A DNA stretch of 56,091 nt, filler included, from Bipalium vagum (Eukaryota): NCBI GenBank assembly GCA_037834085.1. It is 3 parts of 3 records of this genome, joined end to end, with 100 filler letters (N's around TTAATTAATTAA, not from the genome) between each part and the next. Parts side by side here need not be neighbours in the genome. Positions count along the whole stretch, not along the records: positions 16,240 to 39,521 come from JBBMKC010211371.1; positions 39,622 to 56,091 come from JBBMKC010109821.1; 1 more part is not named here. One strand, 5' to 3'. Each line of letters starts with the position of its first letter. Position 1 is the first letter of the stretch. The notes below the pieces were generated by a model. It was not told the origin of the DNA and ran no database searches. It saw only the letters and a list, made by a program, of their open reading frames with translations. Position numbers and translations under genes: made by a program. This document shows positions 27,882-40,695 of this stretch, one piece after another.

Positions 27882-29091
27882 GATTGTGTTAATATTTATA
27901 TTAACCAAACGCACTATTTCTAATTCTTTCATTAATTACGGTTAGTTTCAGTAATGACTTTATCGACAATAACTCACACGATAGGACAACAAAATTTATT
28001 TCTCAGACACAGATTTTATAGAACTTTCGATTGCACCACCGTTAGGCACAGATTGTCAGCGGTTTTCCACTTCATATAAGATCTTATGTATGCCAAACAA
28101 ACATAATATGACATCAAAAACTTCCGTTCCGTAACACAATTAAGTCTTTGGAAACAATCTTCTTTTATTCCTGGTTTACTCTACATGCAAAAACAAGATA
28201 AAATACTAAGAATAAAATAATTAAATATTATGTAAAGGATAATAATCAAGAAATAACAATGAAAACCATAGACAATTTGTAAAGATAATAATAAAAAATG
28301 GAAAAAGAACAATCTCAACAGTGCTGATCTTGACCTGGTTTCAAGATCAACAGCAATCTTTTATCCGACCACTTTTTGCAGACAAAGCTGCCCTTAAGCA
28401 TCTTAAACCTCGCCTAGGAAATTTAAAAACTGGTGAATCTATTTTCAAAACTGTACAAATATTTTCCAATAACTTTACGAGTTGCATTTCCTACCCTTCC
28501 CAACCAATCAAAACTCAAGTTCTTAGAATTAAGACCTTTATTGAGACAGTTTAATTAGGGAAAAAGAGAAACTATAAAAACCTTATCGGCACTCTATGAA
28601 TAACAAAAGAAAATATATAGTTAAAGCTCTACTTTGGTAGCTTTATTTTACAAAGCAGAGCTGTGCCTTAAAACCAATTATCAAAAAGTCCTTTTATCGC
28701 AAAAAATAATAATTATCATTATTATACTATTGTTTTTAATTAATATTATTTTATTTTTATTATAATAAGAAATTTCTAATTTTTCTTCAAATTTTAATAT
28801 TTCAAATACAGAAATACGACTTTTCTTAGTAACTTCTACAATCATTTAAAACATTATTTTAACCTAAAACTGCAAAATCTAGATCAACCTTTGTGCTTTA
28901 AAATGATATAATGCTTTAAAACAGAAGATAAATTGTTTAAAGAATGTCTAATACATGACTATGACATAACACGACATTACTCTTTGAACAACCTAATATA
29001 TCTTCGTATCTTGAAAATTTTTCAAATATTGAGTGAACAACTTTGTAACAAACTATTGTTTATAACCACTGTCCATGAAAATTCAATTATA

Positions 29092-29263
29092 CAGGGTGTT
29101 TATTATGTATGTTAACATACTTTCATTTTAAATATTTTAACAAACAGTAAAGATATAAAATAGGTAATACTTTTTATTTGAATAACATATATTTTTAAAA
29201 AATACAATATTTAATTATATAGTTTAAAAATACAGTATGTTAACATACATAATAAACACCATG
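29092..29263. mobile_element. Tc1/mariner-type MITE, 172 bp
   Basis: 30-bp TIR CAGGGTGTTTATTATGTATGTTAACATACT (29 of 30 matching), flanked by TA on both sides. Confidence 0.92.
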
Positions 29264-29480
29264 TATAATAATGTAAATTGAATCTCCGTTATTAAAAAGT
29301 TATAATTGAGTTATCATTACATGCAGTCTGACATCATATTTCATACAAATTTTTTAGAAAATTTTAAAAATAAAATAAAAAACACTCTCTTTTATATCAA
29401 ATTGTTGTTATTTTACAATAAAGTTTTGATTTGATTAATTTCAACACCTTAATCAGTATAAAAGGTGTACAATCTCCCAA

Positions 29481-30131
29481 CTATAGATTGGTGTGATCAG
29501 ATAAATATTCCGCTATTTTTCTCAAATTCTTGGCAAAAGGAAACTCGTTAACATCCCCGTTTTCACCTTTGATGTGAATGTGGTTTACGGTTACTAATTT
29601 GTTGTTTCGGTAAAGAATCTCACTGTCTAGTTTTTCAATAATTACATCGAAATCCAGTTGCAGTTTAAAATGGCAGCTTGTGGCAAGCCACCAGTAATAT
29701 AGTGAAAAACCTCTCAGTTTCTTTTGATCTAATTCATTAATAATGATAAACCTGTTGCAGATTTTGGTTTTTGATATTTTGATTCTCAACAACAGTGGAG
29801 TTCTGATGTTATGTTTCATTCTCAAGTAACTCAGCCCTATGATTTTTCCTTCGTTATTGAAATAAACCTGCCACATAGACATACACTTAACACTTCTTTT
29901 TAACTGAATGTTGGTATTCGGAAAACATTCCGGACCAGTTCTGATATGATCAATATTCGACCTACAAATAGGACACATTAAAACCGATGCATGTAGCATT
30001 GTCTCTATTAGACATTCATAGTGAAATAAGTGGTCACACAAATTTGGTCTTACGTTGTTGTCACAGTCCATTTTCTCCAAACATATTGGACAAATGTTTT
30101 CATTGTCGTTTTCCAAATTGTTTGTAAACAT
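29481..30131 (-). CDS. Intronless RING-H2 (C3H2C3) finger protein, putative E3 ubiquitin ligase, 216 aa
   Basis: Uninterrupted ORF with CPIC-x14-CDHLFHYEC-x12-CPIC at the N-terminus. The C-terminal ~155 aa are not recognised. Confidence 0.8.
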   Translation of the reverse strand: MFTNNLENDNENICPICLEKMDCDNNVRPNLCDHLFHYECLIETMLHASVLMCPICRSNIDHIRTGPECFPNTNIQLKRSVKCMSMWQVYFNNEGKIIGLSYLRMKHNIRTPLLLRIKISKTKICNRFIIINELDQKKLRGFSLYYWWLATSCHFKLQLDFDVIIEKLDSEILYRNNKLVTVNHIHIKGENGDVNEFPFAKNLRKIAEYLSDHTNL

Positions 30132-32449
30132 TTTTGAGCTTTTATCAATTGTCCATGTCTTACTGTTTATGTAGTGCGTGATTTTGTAATAATGCGGAAA
30201 GATATTTCCTTTAAAATAAAATATAAAATAATATATGTGATTTTGATTTCTGACAGTGCTTTAACTTTTTCTTTTCGAATTATTTATTCTGAATGTTTTT
30301 CTTTCATAAAAAAAAGATTTCAAATATTTACTGAAAAAATTATAAACTCAAGTTCACTATTATTATTTTAAAGAATTAGGGTGTTTGGTTCTCTTCTTTC
30401 ATTTGTCTGTAACATATCATATCATAAAATAAATATTGAAAAATAGAATAAACCATTCCGTTTAAAGGCAGAATGTGGTGAAACCTAAAAATGTATTTCA
30501 TAATAAAAAAAATTAAACTTTAGTGCTAAGTATGAAAAGCAAATGTTAAATTTAGATGTATTAATGATGTGTAAGAATCTTAAGGTGTGAGTTCTCATTG
30601 CCTTTGTGGAAAGTTGTCTTTAATTTTTCTTTTTTCTCCAAAAACATCTAGCAATTAAATATTTTTGTACAATTCATGTTCTTGAAATCGGACCTGGTAT
30701 GTACTTATTATTTGGAGCATATTCATATTACGCACATTATACTGTATATCAAAGATTCATTAACTGTAATGATGTTCTAAAATCACTTTTGACGCGCTTG
30801 AATTGAATTTTTAACAAGTTCTTTCAATCAACACAAGTGAGTCATTTTGAAAAATCGTCAATTTATATGGGAGTCCACTTACACAGTTTTTCAATCAAAT
30901 GTTCATGCAATATCAAATATATGCTAGTCATACTAATTTTGAATGACGCCTGAATGAATGACATTATAATATTATATTAATATTTATTTAATATGATTAA
31001 AGTTTTTGGCAGATATTTTTTCAAAAACTTATAGTTGATTTTAGATATTGAATGAAGTTCGTAACTCTATTTTAATTATTTATGATTATATAGTATATGT
31101 TAATGATAATACACTTTATGTCAATTTTTCATTTAATTAAAAAATTTAATAGATAATTAAAACAAAAGGGAAAATGTGAACAATTGACATTTTACTTCAC
31201 ATATTAAAAATTTTCAAAATGCTTTTTATTTTACTGAATAGTTTTTATGAAAAGATTTTTAAAAATGGATAACATTATATTAAATAATAAGTTATAGCAA
31301 TAATAATGTAATTTTATAAAAAAAATGTAATTTATTATCCACAAAAGAATATATTTCTCTTAAAAATTATTGTTTAATTTTAAATCGGACAATTATCCTA
31401 AGCATATGAAATTGTTCCCTCCGAGATTCGATAATTAAATAAATCAATAAGAAAATTTTCCAAAAGATTGTTGTTATTCTTCTTCTTATTCTTATTATTA
31501 TTATTTAGTAGACAAACATAAGGACAAATCTAATTTTCCCTTAGACGTTCGGTATATAAACAGTAAATTTTCAGCAAAATTCACATTTCCACAAATGATG
31601 ATTGGCAGAGTTGCTCCGTGAAAATGCTGCCGAAATTTTCTTGTCAATTGAACAGCTTCATTGGTACTTGCAAAAAGATAATATAATTGTAAAATATGAT
31701 ATTTTCTTGCTTATTTCGTCTATCTGTGTACAACGTTTTTCGAATAAAATCATCATTTGATCACCTGGAGTTTTGTTTTACCACTTGGACATCGAAGAGA
31801 TACAATTTAAAATAATTGATTAAAATATTATTAATTACATTTGCAATTTTTATAATTTTTTTAATATTTTTTTAGACTTCTATTAAAACAAAATTGTTTA
31901 AAAAACTAATAATACTAACTTTTAGAATTAAATGTTCATAAAATAAAGCCTAAGAGCAAAATGAAAATATTCAAAATTATATTGTATCGATTTTTTCTTT
32001 ATTTTTAATAATATTTTCAACATTTTAGATATTGCATCGCATTATCATATTAAAAATAAAGAACAGAAACACAACATATATTATATATTTACTTATTTAT
32101 TTATATTAATTACATAGGTAAAATTCATAATTAATTAACTAATTAAAAAACAAAAAAGATTTTATTTTAAAATAACATTATTTTTATGTGAAATGAGTAA
32201 TTTGTTAAATATTTTATAGATATATAAAAATAAGCAATATAAAATTACCATAAAGAAATAATGTAATATGTGTAACGATTTACTTGCTGGAACTTATAAG
32301 AATTTTCAAGATTGTTTAGAACGTCTTGATGTGTGAAATCTCTTTTAAAAAATTATATTATAATTTATTAAAAAATCACATAATTATCTATTATTAATAT
32401 TTTTTTATATTAATCCAATAACGTGGTTTATATTTTATTTTTCTCAATA

Positions 32450-33300
32450 TTTAAATCAAGTTCTCTTTGAATTCAAAAAAGTCATTGGATTCTTGAGCAA
32501 TTGTCTTTAGACTGTTCCAAATATTTATCAAACAGTTGCATGCATTTATTGATTCTAACTAAGTAATTTTTTCTTCTTCATGTTCTAATTCAATATTTTT
32601 TCATTTATTTTTATATCTTTAAGATCATTCTTTTCATTTTCACCTTCAGTTGATATTTTTTCTTCTATGAAAATAAACTTATTTACCTCAATCTGTTTAT
32701 CAAAAATTCATTTATTTATTAATTCTTGCATTCTATTCGTTTCATTGTTCATTTCAGATATAAGCTCTTTATTTTTTATTGATTGATTATTGGGTGGATT
32801 AATTAGCTTACCATGCAGCCAACAATTATAAATAGCTAACGAGGTCACTACTATATTCAAAGATCTTGCAATAAATCTGATTGCATCTAATAACGTAAGC
32901 TATTCTGGTTTGAGTATCGATCTATTTATTTGATCAAAACTCAACATAAAAAGATAGATATTTTACCTTTAGTGAATGTATTATTCTAGCATCTAATGGT
33001 TGAAGTCTTGATGTTGTATTCTTTGGCTATTATAGAATTTTAATATACTCTAAATACAAACCATTACATGTATGACAAGTCGCATTATACATTATTAAAA
33101 TTTGTCGTCCTGGTGATTGTAATACCATTATCAATACCATTAATTCACTCTGTAAATAGTGATCTCTTTATCCAAGCTTTATTATTATTATATATTATTG
33201 CTAAATTATTAAGATTTATATTTTCAAAGCATCGTTGTTTAGTAAAATTTCAAATTATAAGTAATTTTAACTTTTCGTAACAAATAAAATTGTGACCAAG
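32450..33300 (-). mobile_element. pogo/Tigger transposase remnant
   Basis: PKNTTSRLQPLDARII and LTLLDAIRFIARSLNIV...IYNCW, the DDE_1 C-terminal motifs, with stops. Confidence 0.72.
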
Positions 33301-33534
33301 CCGCTCATTATTCTTTCCAAGTCTTTTTTCTCCCATAAGTCTGTTTCGTAGTTAGTCTTACTTGGTTCCAAGGAAAGAATTGAATCGACTAACGGGAATT
33401 TTATATTTCTGTGAAATTATAAGTTTAATGAAGTTATCGATGGTGAAGTTACAGTTAACTGACTGCACTTAAATATATATTCTTAAAATATATTTTTTCT
33501 TATTTATTCAAATATTCATTCAAACATTTTTAAA

Positions 33535-33535
<1 letters not shown>

Positions 33536-33583
<48 letters not shown>
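33536..33583. repeat. (ATT)n microsatellite
   Basis: Directly visible. Confidence 0.95.
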
Positions 33584-33584
<1 letters not shown>

Positions 33585-33873
33585 ATTAGTTTAAAATTAT
33601 ATAATATTACTATTTATTACCATGACTGACTTTTAACAGAAAGATTTTGATAGTATTTTATGTGCACAATATGAAAGTTTTAATAATTTTAAATCATCTT
33701 TAAAACATCTTTAAAAGTTTATATTTTTACTATTTTTATATTTGTAACATTATCTTCCCTTACTTTTATTATTCAAAAAATAGTTTTAGAGAACCTAAAT
33801 AGAAAGTTTTATTGACAAAATAAAATTGATCATTGACAAGTATGAAACCCATCTAAGCCCTCTTTCTATTCAA

Positions 33874-36800
33874 TCAATGATATCTATGATTATCATGAGG
33901 TCTTGAAAAATTTTGTGAATGATTACAAGAAACAAACGATTTCTTTATAGAATAGTTTTGCAATTTTCTGTTTTCGTATTGGTCTGCAGAATTATTTGGA
34001 TTTTTATTATTCGGATGAAAGGATCTGATGTTTGGATCACATTTTGGAGAGGATATTGACTGATCATTACTTTCTGAAGCTTTTTCGTGTGACAGAATTA
34101 TGCTGGAAGAGCTCACTTCGTCGGAATTTACCGAACAGAAATCCTTGTCAAACGGTTTTATTTCCTTGTGGTGTTGAGAGACGTACTCACTAAATTCAAC
34201 ACCAAGATTTCAGAAATATTATAAAGAGCGAAAAAGAAATTATTTTCAACATTCTAATTTTAAATATTATTTTGTAAACATTTATTTTACGATGGACATA
34301 ATATAGTCATCACCAAAGCATTTTTTCAACTAGATTTTGAATTTTAAATTTTACTATTATTTTTCCTTTAAATAATGAATTTAATTATATTTTCCGTCAG
34401 TGATAACCTAAATTAATTGATTGTATAGTCTCATCATAATTCTGAAATAGTCAGGAAAAAATTCAAACCTCAATAAAAATTGCATTTATAGATTTATAAT
34501 AAATTAATTAAATTAAATTAAAGCATTTTAAAATAATTGCAAAGGCAAAGTTATATTATCAGAATTTCTATTAAATATTTTAGCAATTAATTTTTTTCTA
34601 AAGTATAAATATAATTTTTGCACCTCAAATATAACAAATCAGGAAATAGATTAAATTAAAATATTGAAATTCAATTATTTAATTCAATATTAATACAATA
34701 TTCCATTTTAATTAATTATTATTTGATAATATTGAATAATTATAAAAAAATCTATAAAAAAATTTTTAATAAAATAAATAAAGCTAAAAATGTATAAAAT
34801 TGAAATGTTTTTAATATAAACATTAATAAATATTTTCTGTATTTTAATCAGTTAAATACAAAAATAATATGCAGCAAAATAAGAAATTAACCTTTCTTTT
34901 GTTTAATAAACGTACTAAATACTTGAAGACCTAATTCCTTATAATTAAAATTTTTAAAAAAATTATGAAAAATACGAAAAATTTTTAAAATTATTAATTT
35001 TTTTTAATTTCTCATTTATTAGAAACATCTTTTATAAGAATAACGTGTGTATAATTGATTCGTAGAATTTTGTTTTGACAAATTTTAAAATGATAAGAAC
35101 TAAAAATCCGAGATTAAATAATATATTTATAAATAAAAAGATATGAACAACTTATTTATGAACAGACAACAATCCACATCTATATGCCTTATCAACTAAC
35201 ACTCGTACTTTGCTGCAGAAGTTGTCACAATGAGGAAGAGCATAGAGTATCAAGTCATCCATGATTTTACGAAGGCGTAACTCAAGTTAAGCAGCAGATT
35301 GTGGATGAAACTTGTTGTCGAAAACTCTTCTCTTTATCTCTGCATGTAACAATTCAATGGGACGGCATTGTGGAACGTTAGTCGGATTATTGCATTTTTT
35401 CACAACAGATATTTTTTTGGATTCAAGATAATGCAAAGTCGAAGCAGCATAATGGAAGGATGCTTTGTCTGGCCAGAAAATGCAGTTTCACCCTGGATAG
35501 TGTTTTTCAATAAAAGGAACTAGCCTCTGTTGAAGACAATGAATCTTGTAACTTTGTGCATTAATTGCCATCACCTGAGACCAGATATAATAGTCATTTA
35601 CCATGCGCAGACAGTGCTATATTTGGCTATATTCCGTGAATGCATTTCATTACTCATGACTAAAAAAAATGAAACCATATAATTTTAATTTTAATGATTT
35701 ACTATAACAACCGATATAAATACTACTATTCAAATATATTTTAGTTATGTATGTGTATCACATGGAAATCATAGAAATAAGAACAAAAAAATTCTACAAA
35801 TCACTTATACACACGTTAGTTAAAATTTTAGTTGTATGTCCAATTTAAGGATCTCATTGTATACAGATGTATTAGTGATGTACTTAATGTACCATCTTAA
35901 TACTAGTTGTACAAGTATGACTCCTGCTGTTTTTTAATTGTTTATTATTTTTAGCAAAGAAATATTTCAAAATAATCTGCAAATCGAAAATGTTACCACC
36001 AGAAATAATTTTGATTCACGTTTTTCCTTTGTCATTTATTTTATAAACTCTAGAAAATTTGTACACCTAATATAATTTTTTTGATAATTTTTTATAACAA
36101 AACTGAAATATTCAGAAACTCACTTGTTTGTATTGTGACAGTTTTCAAAATAACAGCTTTCATTGTCACTATCTTTTCCTTGAGAAGATTTATGATACCA
36201 ATTCTTGGTCGAAAGTCGTTTATTATAATACTTATCTTTCAGCGGATATTTCATATTCCCAAATTTGGACTTGTTTGTTAAATATTTTGCTGAATGATCT
36301 AAATTAGAGCGGTATTTATTAGGGACAGCACAACTATTTCGTCGTATATCTTGATGATACTTGTTAGTATTATCTATGTTTGTTTCTTGTGATCTACCTG
36401 TGCAATATTTATCTATCTGCTTCCTGTGAGTTTCCAGCTTTGTTCCAGAATGAGGAATGTCGTTGTTTTTTCTATATGTTGATCTTAAGCTTAAGATATT
36501 GGTATTGGGAATCTCTTTGTGGTGTCCGACAAAATTATCGTTGTTAAATTCAGAATATCTAGATTTACGTACTCCACTAGACAAGGGCATCTTTCTAGAA
36601 ACTGCATCAAATCTATTATTATTCAAAGTATTACAATAATTTGTTTCTTTTGTACTGTTCTTATTTTTAATAAGATCTGCATTTTTCAGGTTACCATATG
36701 CCGAAGAATACTTTGTGAATCTTCGGGAATCTGGAGATTTATTGATATTTTCATAATTCCATGAATCTCTATTATATTTTGGGTTTTCAAAATCGAATTG

Positions 36801-37325
36801 ACGGCCAATCTTGTGACAATCAGCATAATTTTGTAAATATTTCCCAGATTGAAATTGGCACCTAGGAGAACTACCCGATGAAGGATTCGGATCAAAATCA
36901 TAATTATTAGAAATATCCAATTCCTCATTAGATGAGTATGGTTTTGTTTTACTACAATAGTAATCTTTCCTGAATTTATGAACAGCTTCTTCTTGATTAT
37001 CACCTGAATCGCTAACATCATAAATATCTCTTGAAAACTGCTTATTCTTATAATCATCGAAATTTCTACGTCTTCCTGGAATAAAATCATATGATTTGTT
37101 ACGGGTTTTAAAAACATTGTGAGGAGGAACTTGACTCTCTTGCCTTGATTGTCGAATTTCACCACGCAAGGTATTATTTTGATTTGAATGACCAATCTTT
37201 ATATCTGATGTCTGCTTTATTTTATATCTTCCTGAACCAATAGTTGGTTCGTTTTTCTTATTTGAGAATTGAATATATTGCTTATCATTATCTGTTAAAG
37301 AATAATTAGTTTTGTTTAGTGACAT
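33874..37325 (-). CDS. Uncharacterised N/S/K/D/R-rich low-complexity protein, ~505 aa, two exons (37325-36124 and 34189-33874)
   Basis: A 401-codon ORF is unlikely by chance in such AT-rich DNA. It ends at a strong donor (AA|GTGAGT). The acceptor TTTAG|T at 34189 has the matching phase (AA|T = Asn) and joins in frame with the 33874-34116 ORF. Confidence 0.7.
35043..35816 (+). mobile_element. maT/DD37D-like Tc1/mariner deletion derivative, 774 bp, inside the orphan gene intron
   Basis: ~29-bp TIR ACGTGTGTATAA(T/G)TGATT(C/T)GTAGAATTTT, TA flanks, and fragments WIQDNAKS and WPEN...PLD. Confidence 0.8.
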
Positions 37326-37439
37326 TACATATGGACTTTGGTATTGAATATCTTTTTATTCAATAATTCATAATAATTATTAGTAAGGAATTAGGAAATA
37401 AATTATTGTAATTATATATTTTTCAACCATGATATAATA

Positions 37440-37830
37440 TTAGGGTGAAACAAAAATTCTGGCGTTTTCAAGCAAAAACGGCAACATATATTTAAGGAAA
37501 GCAAACTGAAAATCAAGTTTCAAATTAAATGCTGTTTTATTCGATAGTATGAAGCCATCTCCGAAAAACTTGTTCAATGTCATGTTTGTACTCCCTGGAA
37601 TCGAAAAACCCGGTTATGACATCCTCTATATTATTAAAGGATAGTTCTCGCAGAAAATGTACCATAGGTCGGTAAAGGTGATAGTCAGATGACGCAAGGT
37701 CTGGCTGTAAGTAGAATGCGATGAAAATTCAATTCCATCCGGTTCTCAGATTTTTTCCATTATCTTTCTCGCTGTATTTGGTTTCTCATTGTCTCGCTGT
37801 AAATATATTCGCTTTTGGATGATCATTGAA
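37440..37830 (-). mobile_element. mariner 3' fragment
   Basis: Terminus TATTAGGGTGAAAC. Minus-strand QRDNEKPNTARK and HSTYSQTLRHLTI (decayed HPPYSPDLAPSDYHL). Confidence 0.65.
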
Positions 37831-38415
37831 GAATATTTCTTGCATAAAAATAGATAAATTAATTGTAAATGAAATTTTTACAATCTTTGGCTACTTTTGA
37901 ATAAACCATTTATTATTCCAGATTAAGTCTAGGGGGCTTTAATTAAATTTATAATAATGTTTCTTTCATTAATTTTTTTATGAAAAAAGAATAATTAATT
38001 TTATGATAACTAAAAAAAGGTTTTAAAACCAATAGATATTAATAATGACGTTTAATCAGATTATTTAAAATTATATATAACCAATTTTCTAAGTTATTTC
38101 CGCTGTTGTTTTTATCCTATCAGTATTTTATTTTCAGCATAGTGATAGTAATCTATTAAGTCTTGTAGACAGATAGCATTTGGCTTTACCTTAGTGTACT
38201 AGTGACATACAGTTAGTGTTAAGAGAAGCATTGGGTGGTTGAGAGCATTTCGTTTTTAAAAATTGACATTTTCTTGATTCTTTGTTGATGTTTAATATGA
38301 TTATTGTTATTATGTGTTGCTCTATGCAACTCCTATGGTTACAATAAAAATTATTTGCAGTAAAAGATTATTACACCAAAATAGTGTTTGGTTAATATTA
38401 AAATATTTACAAATA

Positions 38416-39055
38416 TGTAAAGAGACGGCTATTATCAGAAAGCCAGCCCAGAAAAACTAGAGACAATTGATTATTGTTGAGAGAAGACGAGAAGATTATT
38501 ATTTACACAGTATTATTTACATTAATGACGATGCAAACTGATTAATCAACGGAACCCAGCTAGTTTAGGAATCCCTAGATGACCTGACAAGGACCTAGAG
38601 GACGACCCGGAGACTTTTTTCGCTCCTCGTGAGGTTGTTATATATTTCCTTTCATTTTCTTTTTATGATTTTTAATCATTAATTGTTTCATATTCTCGTA
38701 AAATTTATCATAAATTGTTTTATTGTCATTATTATATTTTTATTCATTTGTGATCATTTACCATTAAGGAAAGTTGATGTATTGTTATATTTTGATCATT
38801 TGATGACGTGATTTCTAGTCATTTGATTATTTGAAAAATTGAGATTTTTGTGTAATTTTTGCATTTTACTAAAGTTTTACTGTGGTCGTTTTCATTCAAT
38901 TTGGGGTGCGAATAAAGTTTTATTGTGGGGGTTTTAATTCAATTGAGTTTAAATTTTTGTAACTGTAAAAGTGAAACTAGCACAACATTAGAAAATGAGG
39001 AGTCATTGATTTTCTAGCAAAAGTTACATATTTCAGTTTAAGGATAATAGTACCA
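38416..39055 (+). mobile_element. Solo LTR-like repeat of the same family as 1318-2417
   Basis: Shares the CCTAG..GACCT..AAGG..TAGAGGA(C/T)GACCCGG.GAC...TCGCTC..GTGAG block, AATAAAGTTTTAT at 38911 and an ATAATAGTA(C/A)CA end. TG...CA termini; no clean TSD. Confidence 0.6.
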
Positions 39056-39521
39056 TATGATTGTAAAGTACACTGGAAATATATTAATTATCTTCTAGTC
39101 ATTACTGTAGAGATAGAAAAGTTTTGCGATCTAATGAAACGTACTACATTTTTGCCACAGTCCTCAGTAAACTTCTCCCATAGTCTCATCAAGAAAAATT
39201 ATATTTTCATAATTTAAAAACATGAACTCCGAAACATGTAGCATTATTTTTAAAATTATTATTTCTATTAATAGCTTCTGGAATTAAGTTACTTTTTAGA
39301 ATAAATATGAAAATCCTGCCATCGTCCTATAAATGGCTGATGTTCATGTATTGACTTTAATTAAGCTTCAATATCACTTTTTATTGTACTTAATGTTTAT
39401 CAAACGTAGTCATCAATCTTTTCCTTAATAAAATTCACTTCTGCTAAGTAGGACGGTGAAATACATTTGTTTTTCTTTATTGAGGACCTCTGAGCCTAAG
39501 AGCGAGAGGATTTTTATAATT

Positions 39522-39621
39522 NNNNNNNNNNNNNNNNNNNNNNNNNNNNNNNNNNNNNNNNNNNNTTAATTAATTAANNNNNNNNNNNNNNNNNNNNNNN
39601 NNNNNNNNNNNNNNNNNNNNN
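39522..39621. other. Assembly spacer N44-TTAATTAATTAA-N44
   Basis: Identical in structure to 16140-16239. Confidence 0.98.
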
Positions 39622-39963
39622 AACAGCAGATTTTTGAAATAAATAAATTTTAGTAATTGTTAGTTTATTATTTCATATGGAATTCGAGCAAGTTAACAAA
39701 GACAATGATCAATGAATTTTTAAGAAAATGTTATGAGTTCTTAGAAATACTCAAAATTTGATGTTTTGAAATCGATAGATTAATTTGTTGTAAGATATGT
39801 TGAAGATGATATTTTATATTTGATCGAAATTCATAAAATCTCGTTTTTGAAAGATGATCTGATCAAATAAATAACAAACTGTGTAAATTAAAATACAATA
39901 CAAAAGTACTTGACGTATGAAGACATTTAAAACATGGGGTAAGCGAGATAAATTAGTAAAATT

Positions 39964-40695
39964 TTAAAAATAAAAATATACTACAAAAGTATATTTTAAC
40001 AAAAATAATTTTTTATTTTGAATAAAGAAAACCCTCAATTGACTGAGATTACAAATTGAATTCGACTTTGAAATCTGGAGCATACCTTCACGAGTTTTCT
40101 TTATTAGGACTTGTTTTTTCCTATTTTTGTTTTCTGTTGGTTTTCCATCTGAGAAAAATTTAAGGATTTTTTCTTTCAGATATTTCAATTTCAATAGCAG
40201 TTTTCTTTCTTTTTCAAGTCGCCTTTTCTTCTTGTTATGTGACAGAAACTGTTTTCTTCTAATGACATAATTTATATCGGATATCTTTTGATAATTGTAC
40301 GTACTGTTCCATCCGATAAAATCCCATTCTCTGGCTATGGAGCGCACTGACTTGCTTGAATCTTCATTGATGGTATACTTGATTAGGGATGTCATATTCA
40401 TGCTAGTGCGATTCTTATGTACTTTTCTTGATGGTGTTTGAGATGCTTGGTTATTTTTTTATCGTATTGAAAAATGAAATATTCCGCACATGTTCGTCAA
40501 AGTTCTCCATTTTGAAACCCTATAAAAACATGAAAAGTTTAAAAAATGAAGGTCAAACTGTACTTACATTTTAATTTTTAATGTAAATAAAGAATCAATT
40601 TTAAATATTGATATATAGCGGTGTATATATAAGTAAAAAATCTCAACTTATCAAAACTACATAAAAAACGCACTGACTTTTTGAACAACCCAATA
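39964..40695 (-). mobile_element. Tc1/mariner-superfamily remnant (maT-like HTH fragment plus a mariner-like terminus)
   Basis: INEDSSKSVRSIARE and YVIRRKQFLS...RRLEKERKLL...FFSD. Terminus GACTTTTTGAACAACCCAATA. Confidence 0.6.

Noticed and set aside
32810-32900. Apparent AG...GTAAG-bounded exon on the minus strand
   Set aside because: The peptide matches the Tigger DDE_1 C-terminus and continues through the supposed donor.
36081-37195. Overlapping antisense and alternate-frame ORFs
   Set aside because: Shadows of the real 36124-37325 exon.
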